Of a DNA stretch of 64,000 bases, positions 1-13,205 are shown one piece after another. Origin of the DNA: Mytilus californianus. Its lineage: Eukaryota. Position numbers and translations under genes: made by a program. Under the pieces are notes generated by a model, which worked only from the letters and a program-made list of their open reading frames with translations, had not been told where the DNA came from and ran no database searches. The stretch spans positions 86,924,001 to 86,988,000 of the forward strand of contig NW_026262712.1 in assembly GCF_021869535.1 (NCBI RefSeq). The letters are read 5' to 3'. The first letter of the stretch is position 1, and each line of letters starts with the position of its first letter.

Positions 1-803
1 TTTTAAATTACCTGAACTTTGTCTGTTGAGTAAAAACTGACATTTACTGAAATACAGAAAAAATTGTATGTTCAATGTAATGAAAAGTAAAAAAATGAAA
101 TTGAATTTATAAAAAACTGAAATAAATTGAACACAAATTAATTTTCTGAGATACAAGCTAGTACTGAAAAGATAGCATTATGACAAGTTGTGTATTAAAA
201 CCAACGAATAAAAATTTTCCCACTAATGCATACCTGCCAACCTCTGAAACCTTCAAAGAGGGAGATCTTGCGCAAACGACATTTTCAAGTTAAATATATG
301 ACCTGTTTAAGTATTCATCTACAAAACACCAAAAAGACTTAATAAATATACTTTATTTCTTCAATTCATGGTTATAATCTATACAAGGTGGGGTTTTATT
401 TAGCCTTTTTCAATACCTCAGAGTCTCATAACTCATAAGATTCCATATATTGATTTTGTTGTGAGTCTCACACTAAGCATGCTTTCAAACATCGTACAGA
501 CCACCAGAAGAAATCGAAAAGTTGATTGAACATGATGTGCAAAAAGATTCATTGCCAAGTGAACTTAGTCGTAAAAATTCAAAATCTTTCCTTCAAATCT
601 GCTTGACATTTCGATTTGCAGTTATCTATTTCTTCTTTTTACATTGCCACTTGGTCCAGACAAAGGCCTCTATCTTGTTGGAGTTGGCATAGCAGAAATG
701 AATTTCGATTACTTAATTTTAATTCAAATCGGCAAAAAAATTGTTATAAAAGTGCATGTGTTTCAGACAATGTCTCTATTAAATTCATGGGTGTAAATAG
801 AAT

Positions 804-2378
804 AAAATGCTCCGCTAAGGCACAGCTTGAAACAACCGCAGAGGTCGAACCCTGAACAGTTGGGGCAAGTATGGACACAACATTCAAGCTTGATAAAGCA
901 CTGAATTTGGATAGTCCTATAATATAAGACTTCGGAGTTCCATATCAATTACATTCAACGTTTTTTATTGGATATTTTTTTTTTACTATCAATGTTGAAA
1001 CCCGAAAAAAGCATTAATCGATAAGACTTCGGGTTTCAACATTGATAGTATATTATAGGACTATGAATTTGGATTGTAATTAAATATTTGACACAGCATA
1101 GGTTTCTGACACAGAATGAATGTGGTCTAAGAACTTTTAATTTACCTATTCAAACCATATCATTATTATTTGCTTTTATATATAAATCAGAAATAACCAA
1201 TTAAAAATGGAAAATTTTAAAGAAAAAAAAGGAAAAAAAATCCCCCCCCCCAATTTTTTGAACCCCCTTATGATTCATCATCCCCCAAACTCAATCCCAG
1301 CTTTCCCTTTGTGGTATGGTACCTTGCAGTACAATTTCAGAGAGATCCATACACTTGAACACAAGTTATTGTCTGGAAACTAGAAAAATGCATGTTTTTT
1401 GGCCCCTTTTTGGCACCAAATTCCTAAACGTTTTGGGCAATCACCCCCAAACTCGAACCCAGCTTTCCCTTTGTGATATGGTACCTTGCAGTACAATTTC
1501 ATAAAGATCCATACACTTAATACACACAAGTTATTGTCCTGAAACTAGAAAAATGCTTGTTTTTTTCCCTTTTATGGCCCCTAATTACTAAAATTTTGAG
1601 GGAATTACCCCCAAAATCAATCCCAGCCTTCCCTTTGAGGTATGGTACCTTGCAGTACAATTTCAGAGAGATCCATACACTTGAACACAAGTTATTGTCT
1701 GGAAACTAGAAAAATGCTTATTTTTGGCCCCTTTTTGGCCCCTTTTTCCTAAACTTTTTGGGCAATTACCCCCAAACTCAATTCCAGCTTTCCCTTTGTG
1801 ATATGGAACCTTGTAGTACAATTTCATAAAGATCCATACACTAACACACAAGTTATTGTCATAAAAATAGAAAAATGCTTGTTTGTTGCCCCTTTTTGGC
1901 CCCTAATTCCTAAAATTTGAAGGCAATTACCCCCAAAATCAATCCCAGCATTCCCTTTGTGATATGGAACATTGTGATACAATGTCAGAGAGATCCATAC
2001 ACTAACACACAAGTTATTGTCATGAAACTAGAAAAATGCTTGTTTTTTGCCCCTTTTTGGCCCCTAATTCCTAAAATTTGGAGGCAATTACCCCCAAATC
2101 AATCCCAGCATTCCCTTTGTGATATGGAACCTTGTGGTACAATGTCAGAGAGATCCATACACTTACACACAAGTTATGTCTGGAAGTTACAAAAATGCTT
2201 ATTTTTGGCCCCTTTTTGGCCCCTAATTCCTTAACTGTTGGTACCATAACCCCCAAAATCAATCCCCACCTTCCTTTTGTGGTATTGAACCTTATGGTAA
2301 AATTTCATTGAGATCCATTCACTTAAACTAAAGTCATACCAATATACGACCACAAAAATTTTTTTGCAGTCGTATAAT
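804..2378 (-). mobile_element. Helentron-associated non-autonomous element (HINE-like, family A) with ~161-bp tandem array
   Basis: 5' subterminal IR TATACGAC...GTCGTATA, 7 satellite units, then 3' subTIR plus short GC hairpin. It is the reverse complement of 28613-30239 and lacks the (CGT)n segment present there. Confidence 0.8.
912..1063. mobile_element. 152-bp MITE with 13-bp TIR and 10-bp TSD (Mutator-like by TSD length)
   Basis: TIR TAGTCCTATAATA/TATTATAGGACTA. TSD TGAATTTGGA at 902-911 and 1064-1073. The empty site is visible in the paralogous HINE near 30140. Confidence 0.85.
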
Positions 2379-2765
2379 AATAGTTTGATTTGTTTTTATC
2401 CAGAATATGCATGAATATTTGCTACAAGACTTTTAAGCAAACAGCTAGATTAATATCAAATAATTTGTCCTCTGTACAATTATAAAAATGATTATGCCTT
2501 TTGTACACACATAATGATGTCATTCTCCTGACTGGTCCCCTGTCACTTTAAATTCAAGCACTCATCTATCAGTTAGCAGTCACACATATAATGTAAAAGA
2601 GGGACAAGTGTCCATTTGTCTGTGTCTCAAAACTAATCACCAGTTACAAGAAGCACTGAAGTACATACAGATCACAGATTAAGGAATTACATTTTGACCA
2701 ATTTTAACCCTAATGAGGACAGGTTCGGTTGCAAATTACTACATAGTCAAAATAAATGTAAATAC

Positions 2766-5700
2766 CTTCAGGAACATTCCATGTGTCAAACAGACGACTT
2801 AAAATTAGTTGAGCTATATGATCTGATATAAAGTGGAAGTGGAGAGGATTCTTTCTGTAGAACAGTACACTTTTAATCAATGTGACAACACTCCTTGTGG
2901 CACTGTGTCCAGCACATACAATCGCTATGTGTATTACCTGTAACAAAATTTTTTAAGTTTCATTGCTGATTTTGCTATATAATCTATATTCTTATTAAAA
3001 AGGAGAAAACAAATAAAGAAATTTGTGCTAAAACTCTTCTGTTTGCATTTTTGCATTTAAAGAATAAATGTTGTAAATGTCAATAAAACAGATGCTCAAA
3101 ACCAAAAATTTACAGAAACAAGACATTTAGAGGTCACCATAGTCTTCAACAATGTGAAAAGGCCATAAACTTGTGGCAATGGTATCTCATAATTAATATG
3201 ATCAATGCTCCCTTTATTGTATTCTCACAAATGTGACAATAACATACATCCACCAAAATTATTGCTGATTTATAATGCATAATATAAAAGTTACAAAGAA
3301 ATCAAATATAGTTTTATTGTGGTGCTACTTTGTATATATTGGTTTTATTTTAGCATGCAGACATTTCAGGGCTTTTATTGCTGGTTAACATGTACATGTA
3401 TCTCACACTTGTTATTTCTGGTTGAAAACTTTGATTTCTGAGTCAGCATTAAGAAATACAAGAAAAATTGAATTGCCTATCTATCTCACATATTTTGTAT
3501 TTCTAGTCTAGCAAAACATTTCAAAAGGGTTTAATGGCCTGCCAACATTGAACACTAATATTACTGGTTCAGCAAAAAGCTATTTTAGCAGGGTTTTTTC
3601 CTTGCCTGCCTCTAGCAGCAGTATTTTGGGTTCAGCTTTAAGATATTTCAGTAAGATTTTACTGCCTTCTCTTTTTATTTCTGTTTCAGAAATTAGAAAC
3701 TTCAACTGAATCTTTATTGGATATCAACCCAAATTTTTAGTATTTTCTACCCATGAAGATGCTTAAGAAGTGTATCATTGCATGCCTGGCTCACATTTGG
3801 AAATCTTTCATTCAAAGATTAGTAATTCAGCAAGTTTTATTGCATTTATATATTTCAGTAGAAAATTATTGTGTTTTGGTATTTCTACATGTTTTAGATC
3901 AGAGTTTAATAGACTGTCATTGCCTGCCTACCTCACACTTGGGTATTTCTAGTTCAGCATTCAGACACCTTAGTAGGGTTTTATTGCCACCATATGTTGT
4001 GCCATTCTGTACAGCAATACTCATCTGTAGGCCTAATAGTTTATTTCTTGTTTTACTGTTGAAACAAAGATATACAATTATTGATGGATCTTAAAAAGAA
4101 TACTATAGTGACAAATAATACAATCATGACAATGTAGGACTCCCAAATACATGTAATAAGATGTATAGATTTATAGCTTATAAATGAATTTGAATCTAAA
4201 GTAAAACAAGAATTTTCAATTAATAAATTTTTGAATAAAATGTATTATATCCATATTTTCTAAACAAAACACACATACATGACATATAAACTGTTAGAAG
4301 GAAGGTGTCAATTTAAGTTTGCGTATAAAATTTAACAACAATGCAGATGAAAAACAACAGCTTCAAGAATGAAACCCACAAGATAAGATCAAAACTTTAT
4401 ATTTTGTGATAGGAAAGTAAACAATGGAAGTCAAAGCATTTCTGCATATTTTATAACCTATATTATTGCCTGCCAACTACACACATTAATATAACTGGTA
4501 AAGAAATACAATATTTTAGCAGGGTTTTTACCTTGCCTGACTCACAAATGGTATTTCTGGTTCAGCATAATGATATTTCAGTCAGATTGTATTGCCTTTA
4601 ATTTCGAAAATAACTTTTCAGGGTTGACAATTTTGGATATTCATCTCTTCAAATTGCCAGAAATATTTTATTATACCCAACTAACAGAGAAAGGGTCTTT
4701 TGAACCATTGAAAAAGCACTTGCCTTACTGTAGTAACAGATTGTCAAACAGTTACACACGATGTTGAGTAACCAACAATCAATCAATCAAAACAGTTATG
4801 TTAGAAAATTATTTTGTGTCTAAGAATTTCTTGTATGTACAATATACAACAAAGGAAAACTCTTCCTACAAAATATTGATGGCCCTGAAAACTCATTTAA
4901 AGGACCAATTATTAGAGATACCCTCAGCACTAGATGAATTTCTAAGCCTTGTTTCCCTGTCACTCCATGGGCTTCTAACATGACAGTTGCCATTTATGTC
5001 TGAGACATAATTTTGATGGGAGATAACTTGTGTACAAATCAAGAAGCTCTAGTTATTTATAGGTGAATAATAGGGTCAGTAATGAGAGTGATACTTTATA
5101 TTCAAGGAATATTTATCTTTAGAGAGACAGAATAAGTTTCTATTGTTCTGGATATCAATACCTAGATATACTACAAGACCATTTCCTGATTTCTCAAAAT
5201 TCTTTTTTCAACTTATTCATGTTATTTGTTCAAATAGACCTAATTGTGCAAGAATATAGGATTAAATATACACAAGGTTTTGAATGTAAGGTTCTAGATT
5301 TCATTTGTACCTTAGTTGCTTCCTAAGGACTTTATTTTCCTGATCAGCTTCTTTCAATCTCTGTGCAAGTCTGGACTCCAAAATTTGCCCGGCTTGGCCA
5401 TCATATTTAGGAATTTCTATGAAATAAAAATAAAAATAACGTTTTGAATGTAGATTTAAGAATTTCCATGCATATTTTACTGTTCTATGTTCCCTTTATA
5501 AATGTCTTCTGAAAAATTGTTTTATGATTAAGAAAGAAATAGGCCCGGTAAGACCCCCTTTTGGCTCCAGAATAAAGCATTTTTATAAATTTGTTCAATT
5601 GTCAACTTTACGCTATTTATTGGAAAGTAGAATACTTTTGCTACATAAATATTGGCTGTTTTGACAATACAATGCACATGCATCAGGTACTAGCATCATT

Positions 5701-7775
5701 AATTTATGCAAAATTACTGAAATCTTCACAATTTTAACATTTGTGCTAATTTCTAAAAGGTTTTTGCCTAAAATGGAAGTGGCCCCATTTGTGTTCAGCC
5801 TTTATATTTAAATATATGTTGTACTTGATGATAATACATAACATATATAAAGATTGAGACTGAACACAATGCAGCCACTTTCATTTTTGACAAAAACCAC
5901 CTGGAAAGTTACGTTTTATGGCATATTTGATAGATTTTTCACATTTAAGCTTGCATTTGAGCGTCTTTAATGACCAAATCAATTCAAATCTTATACATAA
6001 ACTAATTGAATCGACTGTGGTAGACACTAATTATATGTTTAAAAAATGTCAAAAATCTTTCATCGGATGTACTTTGAATTTTAGGCCAAAATTAGCCCTT
6101 AGCGGACCTTCTCCTTTATATTCATATTTGAATTTAACAGTATAATTGACAAATATGTCAATATGCTGTTACATAAAAGATGATACACAATCATTACATA
6201 CCTGATCATTATTTTATGTTTTATTAAAAAAAGCAGTACAAGACTTAACTGTGAAGATAAATGATCTCTAAGATTATAAAAAAAATTAAGATTGGATAAA
6301 AGTGCACAAAGTCATTATGTCTTTTCACACCACAAAAAGCTCAAAACTTCATTGATTCCAGTATAGAATAAAACTCAGAATCATAGGCACAAATGAATTT
6401 TTATTCAAAATTAAGATAAAACAAACAGATAAATGTACGTTCTGCAGTGAAGCTATTGAAGATATTGAGCACATATTTTGGACATGCAATAAAATATCAG
6501 ATTTATGGATTAAACTTAGTGATTGAATTTATTACCAAACACAAATAATAATTCCATTTAATATGGATATTATTTTATTTGGAAATTTAGGAAACACAGG
6601 AAATTATAAGATAAATAAATGAAGAATGTATCCATGGGACACAGATGATGCCCCTGCTTGCATATAATGTTATAAAGGGATATAACTCAAGAACATTAAA
6701 AGTGACACCATCCAAATTTAAACTTGATCTGACTTTTGTGGTAATAAGCATTGTGTATAAGTTTCATAACATTTGGTTGAGGCAAACTAAAGTTAGAAAA
6801 ACGGAAACAACGAAAAATTTGCAATTTTTATGTTTATAAAGGGCATAACTCATGAATGGTAAAAGGGACGCCACCCAATTTTGAAACTTGATCTGTGTTT
6901 TGTGGCAAAAAAACATTGTGTATAAGTTTTATAACATTTGGTTGAGGCACACTAAAGTTAGGAAACAAAAACCAATTTTGGGGACGTATGCAAGGGACGG
7001 ATGGGACAGACAAGGGTAACACTTAAATCCCCCTTTGCCTAGAGGCGGAGGCATAAAAACTTCATAATACTCCTGACAAAATTCTATATTTATGAAACAA
7101 AACTTTGTGAAAATCAGGTAAATTTTACATAACTAAAAAGATACCTAAGTTTATATCTGCATTTATGTTCGTCATAGTTTCTTGTACAAATATAATCCAA
7201 AAGAAAAAAATCCTTGTGAGCTGTAATGAATGCTGTAAGACATATTTTTTTTTTTTGCTGTTGCCAAAATAAGTTAACTTTTAAGTACTAACCAAATTAT
7301 TATATATTACTAATGGTTAATGAGGCCAGGATAAGGTACCGGTATTTTTTGTATCCAACTAACAAATGTCAAAATTATCAATAGAGTATGATACATATTT
7401 AAAAGAAAAAAAAAATTTCACGACCAGAATTTATATTATCCATTTTATTGTAAGTGCAATTCCTAGTTTTTTTTATATTATGTTGAAAATAATCAGGCTA
7501 GCAGACAAAAACATGATTGATGAAGAAACAGGAAATTTATGAATACCGGTAGTGATCATTTTGGGGGAAAGTTTTGATGATAACAAGTGAGTAAATTTCT
7601 CATTTCCTAAATCTATCATTTTAGTTCCCTTACTAATTCACTCTACATGCTCTACAAATTTATAATGTTGATAATTACCATCAGTTGTTAAAGCTAAGTA
7701 AACCAAAATACATGTTGGAAATGCTCCTATTATCACCAACACAACCAAAGTCTGCTTTTTCATTCTTATCAGCAT
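2766..7775 (-). CDS. LARGE: LARGE xylosyl/glucuronyltransferase, 5' part (4 coding exons; remainder beyond left edge)
   Basis: Exons 7775-7679 ([32 protein letters not shown], type II TM anchor), 5416-5311 (coiled coil [23 protein letters not shown]), 4055-3932 (...ELEIPKCE) and 2937-2766 ([39 protein letters not shown]...WNVPE). All introns are GT-AG with consistent phases 1,2,0,1. The last exon matches the start of the LARGE GT8 domain (human [34 protein letters not shown]). No further exon found in 1-2765. Confidence 0.93.
3350..4600. repeat. Degenerate ~65-bp tandem repeat derived from a LARGE exon/intron junction
   Basis: Units start TTGCCTG at about 3473, 3537, 3602, 3778, 3920 (functional copy), 4466 and 4533. 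Shared core CTCACA...GTATTTCT(A/G)GTTCAGCAT...AGGGTTTT. Confidence 0.8.
5530..6118. mobile_element. Degenerate TIR element (Kolobok-like MITE)
   Basis: Imperfect inverted ends AGGCCCGGTAAG...CTTAGCGGACCTTCTCCTTT. The TSD is eroded. Confidence 0.45.
6270..7200 (+). mobile_element. L1/Tx1-like retrotransposon 3' fragment (zf-RVT), split by a HINE insertion
   Basis: Reads [47 protein letters not shown] up to 6619 and resumes [15 protein letters not shown] at 7058. Confidence 0.75.
6620..7059 (-). mobile_element. HINE-like element family B (about 2 satellite units)
   Basis: Reverse complement of the family at 14823-16152: TTTTTATGCC start, GTCC-type microsatellite, GGGGCATCAT subTIR and GTGTCC hairpin end. 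Confidence 0.8.
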
Positions 7776-9405
7776 TGTGGTAACCCATAGTCTCTCTTGC
7801 TACATTGCATACTGTTCTAAAAATTGAAAAAAATTGATATGAAAAGCTATATTCTTTTCTGAACTAGAAATTGCATACTTTCGAAAAACTGAAGAGAAAA
7901 AAATACAACAAACTGATGTTTCAATTTGTGAAAGAAATTTAATTGTGCACTAATGTATATTTAATTTACAGTGTGTTTGTGTTCATGATCTTTTTTTCAC
8001 CAGCATATTTGTATTTAGTCCATCTTTATTGTTTTGTTTTAGTATCTTCAGCATGTTCAGCAGTCAGGGGAATTACTTAAACAAGTAAACTTTCATAACC
8101 TATACAAGGCTCTTTTATATATTCATGATATTTCTTAAAAAACTTACTTTTTTAAAGATCATTTACAGGTGTACATTCATAAAGATTTTAATATGCATAA
8201 ACATTCAGTTTTGTCAAACATCTGGTTATTTTTTCCCATATCAGAAGTAGAAAAACTAATCCTCCTAAAACTATTTCCCTTCCAGACACACATTAAAGAG
8301 TGGCGCCTCTGGGTCAAGGATTGGTCAGTTGGGACTATTGAAATATTATTTTTCTTAGAAATCTTGAAGGTAGACAGATATAAATAGATCAAAACATATA
8401 CATGAATGTGATGTAATTTAATTGAGCCCTGAAGTTATTATAAATTTGTAACCAAAAACAATTACATAGTTTCTTATATACATTTTGCAATTGTTATTAT
8501 TATCTATTTCAAATATGTATAAAAATGACTTTTAGAAGTAATATTTTGCATTTTTCATAGAGTAACCTTTTACAAATAACAATTCTAAACAAAGTTTGAT
8601 ATTTATGTAATAGATCCGTGTTTTACTCGCTTGGCTTGTAATATATAAAAACTATATTTCTGTTATTATTTTCTATTCTATAAACTACATATATACATAT
8701 ATAACTACACAAAAACCATGTGATAATGTCAGAAATCTATGCAGTGTAAGGATCAGTACAACATCGTCTGCATGAAAACATCAACTTATGGACGCTGTCA
8801 CCTTACCATAGGTTTCATCAGGGTGAGGAAGTCAAATTAGAGCAGCGTGGTTGATTAATTTAGGTAGAAATTCAATTAAATCATAACATTTGCATAATTC
8901 CCCTTTATAAAAATCTAGGCATGTGCATACATGTGATGGACTATGAAACTAAGATCAGGAGATTGGGAAATTTTGGTCAGGAGTTTAGACCTCAGATCAG
9001 GAGGTTTTTTATTGACATAAATTTTGTCGTAAATGTAACCGTCTGATGTTAAATTTGTTTTTTTAAGTGTTTTTCCTTCAATTTTCCACCTGAATGCAAT
9101 GTGTTTACAGTACCCATCTGCCCATGAAGCCTTTCTGTTAGAATGAGATCACTTGAAAGAAATATTGAGAAAATTCTGTTTCTTGTTTTGTTTTTGATTG
9201 CAGTCTGCTCATAAATAAAGTACTATAATTTAACCTTTTCTTCGAGTACTAAGTATAATGTTTTATTTATGTCTCAATCTTCTTTATTTGATTTCAATGT
9301 CATTGGCATAGATATATATAAGAATGAAATATGCTATACATTTATAAAATGATAAATAGATGAATGATAAACAAACAATAGTTATGCATGGTTTTTAAGC
9401 ATTAA

Positions 9406-10017
9406 GGTAGATGGGGTGTCTAAATTATAATCCATAGAATTTTTTAATAATTTGCAAAAACATAGTTTATATCATGCTTTTTAAAAAAAAATAATAAAAA
9501 GAATAGGTCACGGGGCTTATTCTCACGCTACAGGTTGTGCAAAATTGACAGATTTTGTATAGATTATGCATGGAAAACCAAATTTTCTGCCATAAAACGA
9601 AAACTATACCATAGAATTTTGAGGTAAAATATGAGAAGATAGCTCTAATATTATGCTTTCAGATAAGAAAAAGAAAAAAATGGGTCACGGGACCCGTTTT
9701 CTTGCTATATAAAAAAATAGGTAAATACCTAACACATTCTATTGTAAAAGTAACTTTATCTGAATTATCTGCCCCTACATTTGAGTTGCCTCCCCTTATG
9801 TGGCAAAAATGGAAAAAATTGAATCAAACAAAAGTATTCTATTTTTTGTAAAATACAACCATAAATATGATAAAACATGTCATTTTCTATCTTGAAATGA
9901 AAATTCTTACACATGAATTACCTACTACTCTCAAAATTTGCATATTTTATTAAAGATCTAGACTGATAGTTTTCTGGTATTTCAAAATCCAAGATGGAGG
10001 AAGACACCCGATCTACC
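9406..10017. mobile_element. 612-bp Kolobok-like MITE
   Basis: TTAA TSD on both sides. TIR GGTAGATGGGGTGTCT / AGACACCCGATCTACC (15/16). Confidence 0.85.
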
Positions 10018-12120
10018 TTAAGAAAGTCATGTCAAATATATTAGCTAAAGCACTGTCTATATTACAGTGATAAATGTTATTTAAGAAACAAAACACTGGT
10101 CTTAGAACACTGGGTCATGTAAGAAGTACAAGCTGACTTGGCTGCCTTTAGTTTAATGCACTTGACTCTGTACTAAAGTAATCCTGATCCTGGTAACAGT
10201 TTATTATAGTTGTTAGGAGGCTGTGAATTGTCTTTGAGTCAATGTTTGTCTGCTGTCAGTGTTGACTGAAACTATTAAATAATGTTCCAGGTTTGGATCT
10301 TCTTTAACATGCTGAAGGACCTTCATGTCCACACTGGAGTGTGAAATAGCTAGTATTTCTCTGCCGAGTTGAAAGTTTATTAAATTTTTTTTTTTTTTCG
10401 GCATCAAAACCTTCCACTTTTCTATCAATGCCGGTATTTATCAGCGTGTGCCATTAGACAGAAGTCATATCAAGTATTTATTATCCTATCACCTGTGTAT
10501 TGTTCAATCAAACTATAATCACTTGTTAATTAGCCGTCGGCCAGGTCAAAATCTCCACATGTTGCGTAATCAGGTAATGTCAGTTACACCGGATACGTTC
10601 GATACACTCAGGTTTTTACATCATCAATAACAAACATTTAGTCTTAAGTCGTAGCAAAAATGGTGCCTGAAATTTTTCATTCATGATAGTTTTTTCTCTC
10701 CAACGGGAGGACGGGAGGAGACCCCTGAAAACAGGATTATTGTACTCCCGTCGGGAGGTTCACATGTATGCATGTGCATAGAAAAATGTCATGTGATATG
10801 ACTTTTTCTATCTCCACATTGAAACAACAACTATCCTGAACTCTCCTATAGATGACCTCCCAATTTCAATTTAATGAATGAACTGCCCTGGGGTCATTTG
10901 GGGGAAAACATGTTATAGGACATTGTGACCTAAAGATATTTATTTTGAGATGTCATTTTTTTTTACAGAAAAATGCTAGATCTGGTTCATTTAAAAAAAT
11001 AACTACTACTGATGATGCAGAAGGAAACTATTATATCAAATATATATTGTACCAGATTTGTACTTTAGAAACCAGGCAATGTTTATCTCTCATAATTTAT
11101 GATTAATACAAAACCTATAACTTCAAATGTGATTGATTGGGCCAACAAGCAAAATTAAACAGAAGAAACACAATTTTTAAGTGACAAAAGTATTCTACTG
11201 CAGTGGCTTCAATGTCGCTGGATTAGTTTTTTTTAGATTATAGTGTCAATTAATACCTTATATAAATTTATGTGTTCATTATAAAAATAGATAACTTTTT
11301 TCAGTTGTATTTTCAACTGGAACTTCTTTATAAGACGTACCCAGATGTGAACGAAAACTATCAACAGGTAACCAGCCTAAAAGAATTTCCCAATCACCGA
11401 AAAACAAGAACTAGACGAAAAAGTTAAAGGTTTTGACCCTGAGGCATAGTTGAAATTCTACTTTTAAAATGTTTTTTTATTTTTACAGAAAAGAGTGTAC
11501 TTTAAAGTTGATGCTAAAATATTAAACATTAACCGCACACATTTTTGAGTAAAAAACATTATACTTTTCGGTATTCAGATATATTTTACCAGGGGTGTGT
11601 TTTATTGGTCTCTTCGGTACATCTCCAGAATGTCTTCTGGTGAAGAGTCCAAAAAAATGAATCTGGACCTCTTCTGGAGATATTCTATGGAAGGTCAATA
11701 AAATAAAAATGCAATTTGCCGTCGAATATAGCAGGTTTCTGTTATGTTGGATGACATAAATTAAGTTTACGATTTTTTTAGAAAATTAAGATACGTCCAA
11801 CTCAATTTTGCTAAACAAATCAGGCTTAACCCCCACTATTTGATTTTTAAGAATAATCTTAAACTGCACAAGAATTCGTCAATGTTTGTCTGGAATATGA
11901 CTGATCAAAAAGGAAATCTTAGTCTTTCCATATTTTTTTTTTTTAAAGTAACCGAACTGGATTAACAAGATATCAGAAAGTTCGAAAAAATCGTTTTTCT
12001 CTGGCGGTCCATAAAGAAAATCTTCTGATCCTAACTATTATTTCTAATGCAAAATTTCGATGGTCAAAACCTTAATTCGGACTTTTCAATTTTTTTTTAT
12101 TGTATATGGATCTAGATGTA

Positions 12121-13205
12121 ATAAAATTGAGAATGGAAATGGGGAATGTGTCAAAGACACAACAACCCGACCAAAGAGCAGACAATAGCCGAAGGCCACC
12201 AATGGATTTACAACGTATAACAGACGTTTCTTAGACTTTTATTTAATAAATCAGTTGGTTGTGTACTGATTGATACTTAAGTCTTGGAGAACAAGATTTA
12301 TTTCAGTACTAGTTGCAACTAGCTTTGAACAAACTTCTAGTAATTGCAAATACTCTTAGTTCGATGCTTTGAGTCTATTGTCTTAATGTTAGTTGGCCGG
12401 TTTCTTTTGTGTGTCTCGTACCGATCTTTTGAGTTAATCTAATTGCAACTGATTTGCGCAGGTTGTTCTTATATTGAACTGCTACACTACTGTTTCAGCT
12501 TCGGGGAGGATTGAGCTCTCACAAACAAGATGTTGTACTGTTACATCGCTGTCCCAGGTAGGGCATGGTTGGGATCCTGCTAACATGTTTAACGCCGCCA
12601 CATTCTGTATGTATGTGCCTGTCCCAAGTCAGGAGCCTGTAAGTCAGTGGTTGTCGTTTGTTGCTATGTTACTTATTTGTTTTTCGTTCACTTTATTTTG
12701 TACATTAGTTAGGCCGTTAGCTTTTACCATTGAATTGTTTTACATTTGCGATTTCGGGGCTTTTTATAGCTCACTATGTGGTCAGTATGGGCTTTGTTTA
12801 TTGTTGAAAGCCGTATTGTGACATATGGCTGTTAATTTCTGTAGCATTTGGTCTCTTGTGAAGAGTTGTCTCATTGGAAATCATACCACATCTTCGTTTT
12901 TATATAAACCCTGCCATATTCTTTATGAACCTGTCCAAAGTCACGGGAGTCTGTAGTTTAGTGGTTGTCGTTGGTTCATGTCTCAACTCATATTTGATAT
13001 TTTGTAAATTGTTTTGTTTTGTATAATTAGGCCGTTAGTTTTATCGTTTGAATTGTTTCACACTTTTAATGGCCTTTTATAAACGGCTTTACAGTATCGG
13101 GTTTCGTCAGTGTTGAAGGCCTTAAGGTTGTCTATATATTGCTTACATCCACTTCATATTAGGATAGTTGCCTCAATAGCAATCATATCACATCTCTTCG
13201 TTTTT
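12121..13205. repeat. Cluster of high-copy interspersed repeats (family ending ...CATACCACATCTTC-T-rich; unclassified, probably 5'-truncated retroelement)
   Basis: The same sequence recurs at 27040-27260, 28470-28565, 33745-34105, 35703-35900, 37610-37880, 51730-51860, 59780-59990 and 62435-62560. Copies share one end and are variably truncated at the other. Confidence 0.75.

Noticed and set aside
1316-2262. Repetitive ORFs (also 29177-30084, 6645-7022, 14789-15579)
   Set aside because: They are translations of satellite units inside HINE elements, with no domain, splice or codon support.
8790-8825. CTGATGA matches (also 11009, 20575, 24141, 54645) as hammerhead ribozymes
   Set aside because: They lack a correctly placed GAAA box and stems. 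54645 may be a heavily decayed PLE hammerhead but cannot be supported.
8169-10428. ORFs 8169-8392 and 10213-10428 as extra LARGE exons or genes
   Set aside because: No homology, and LARGE coding is already complete from ATG 7775. They could be UTR exons but this is unsupported.
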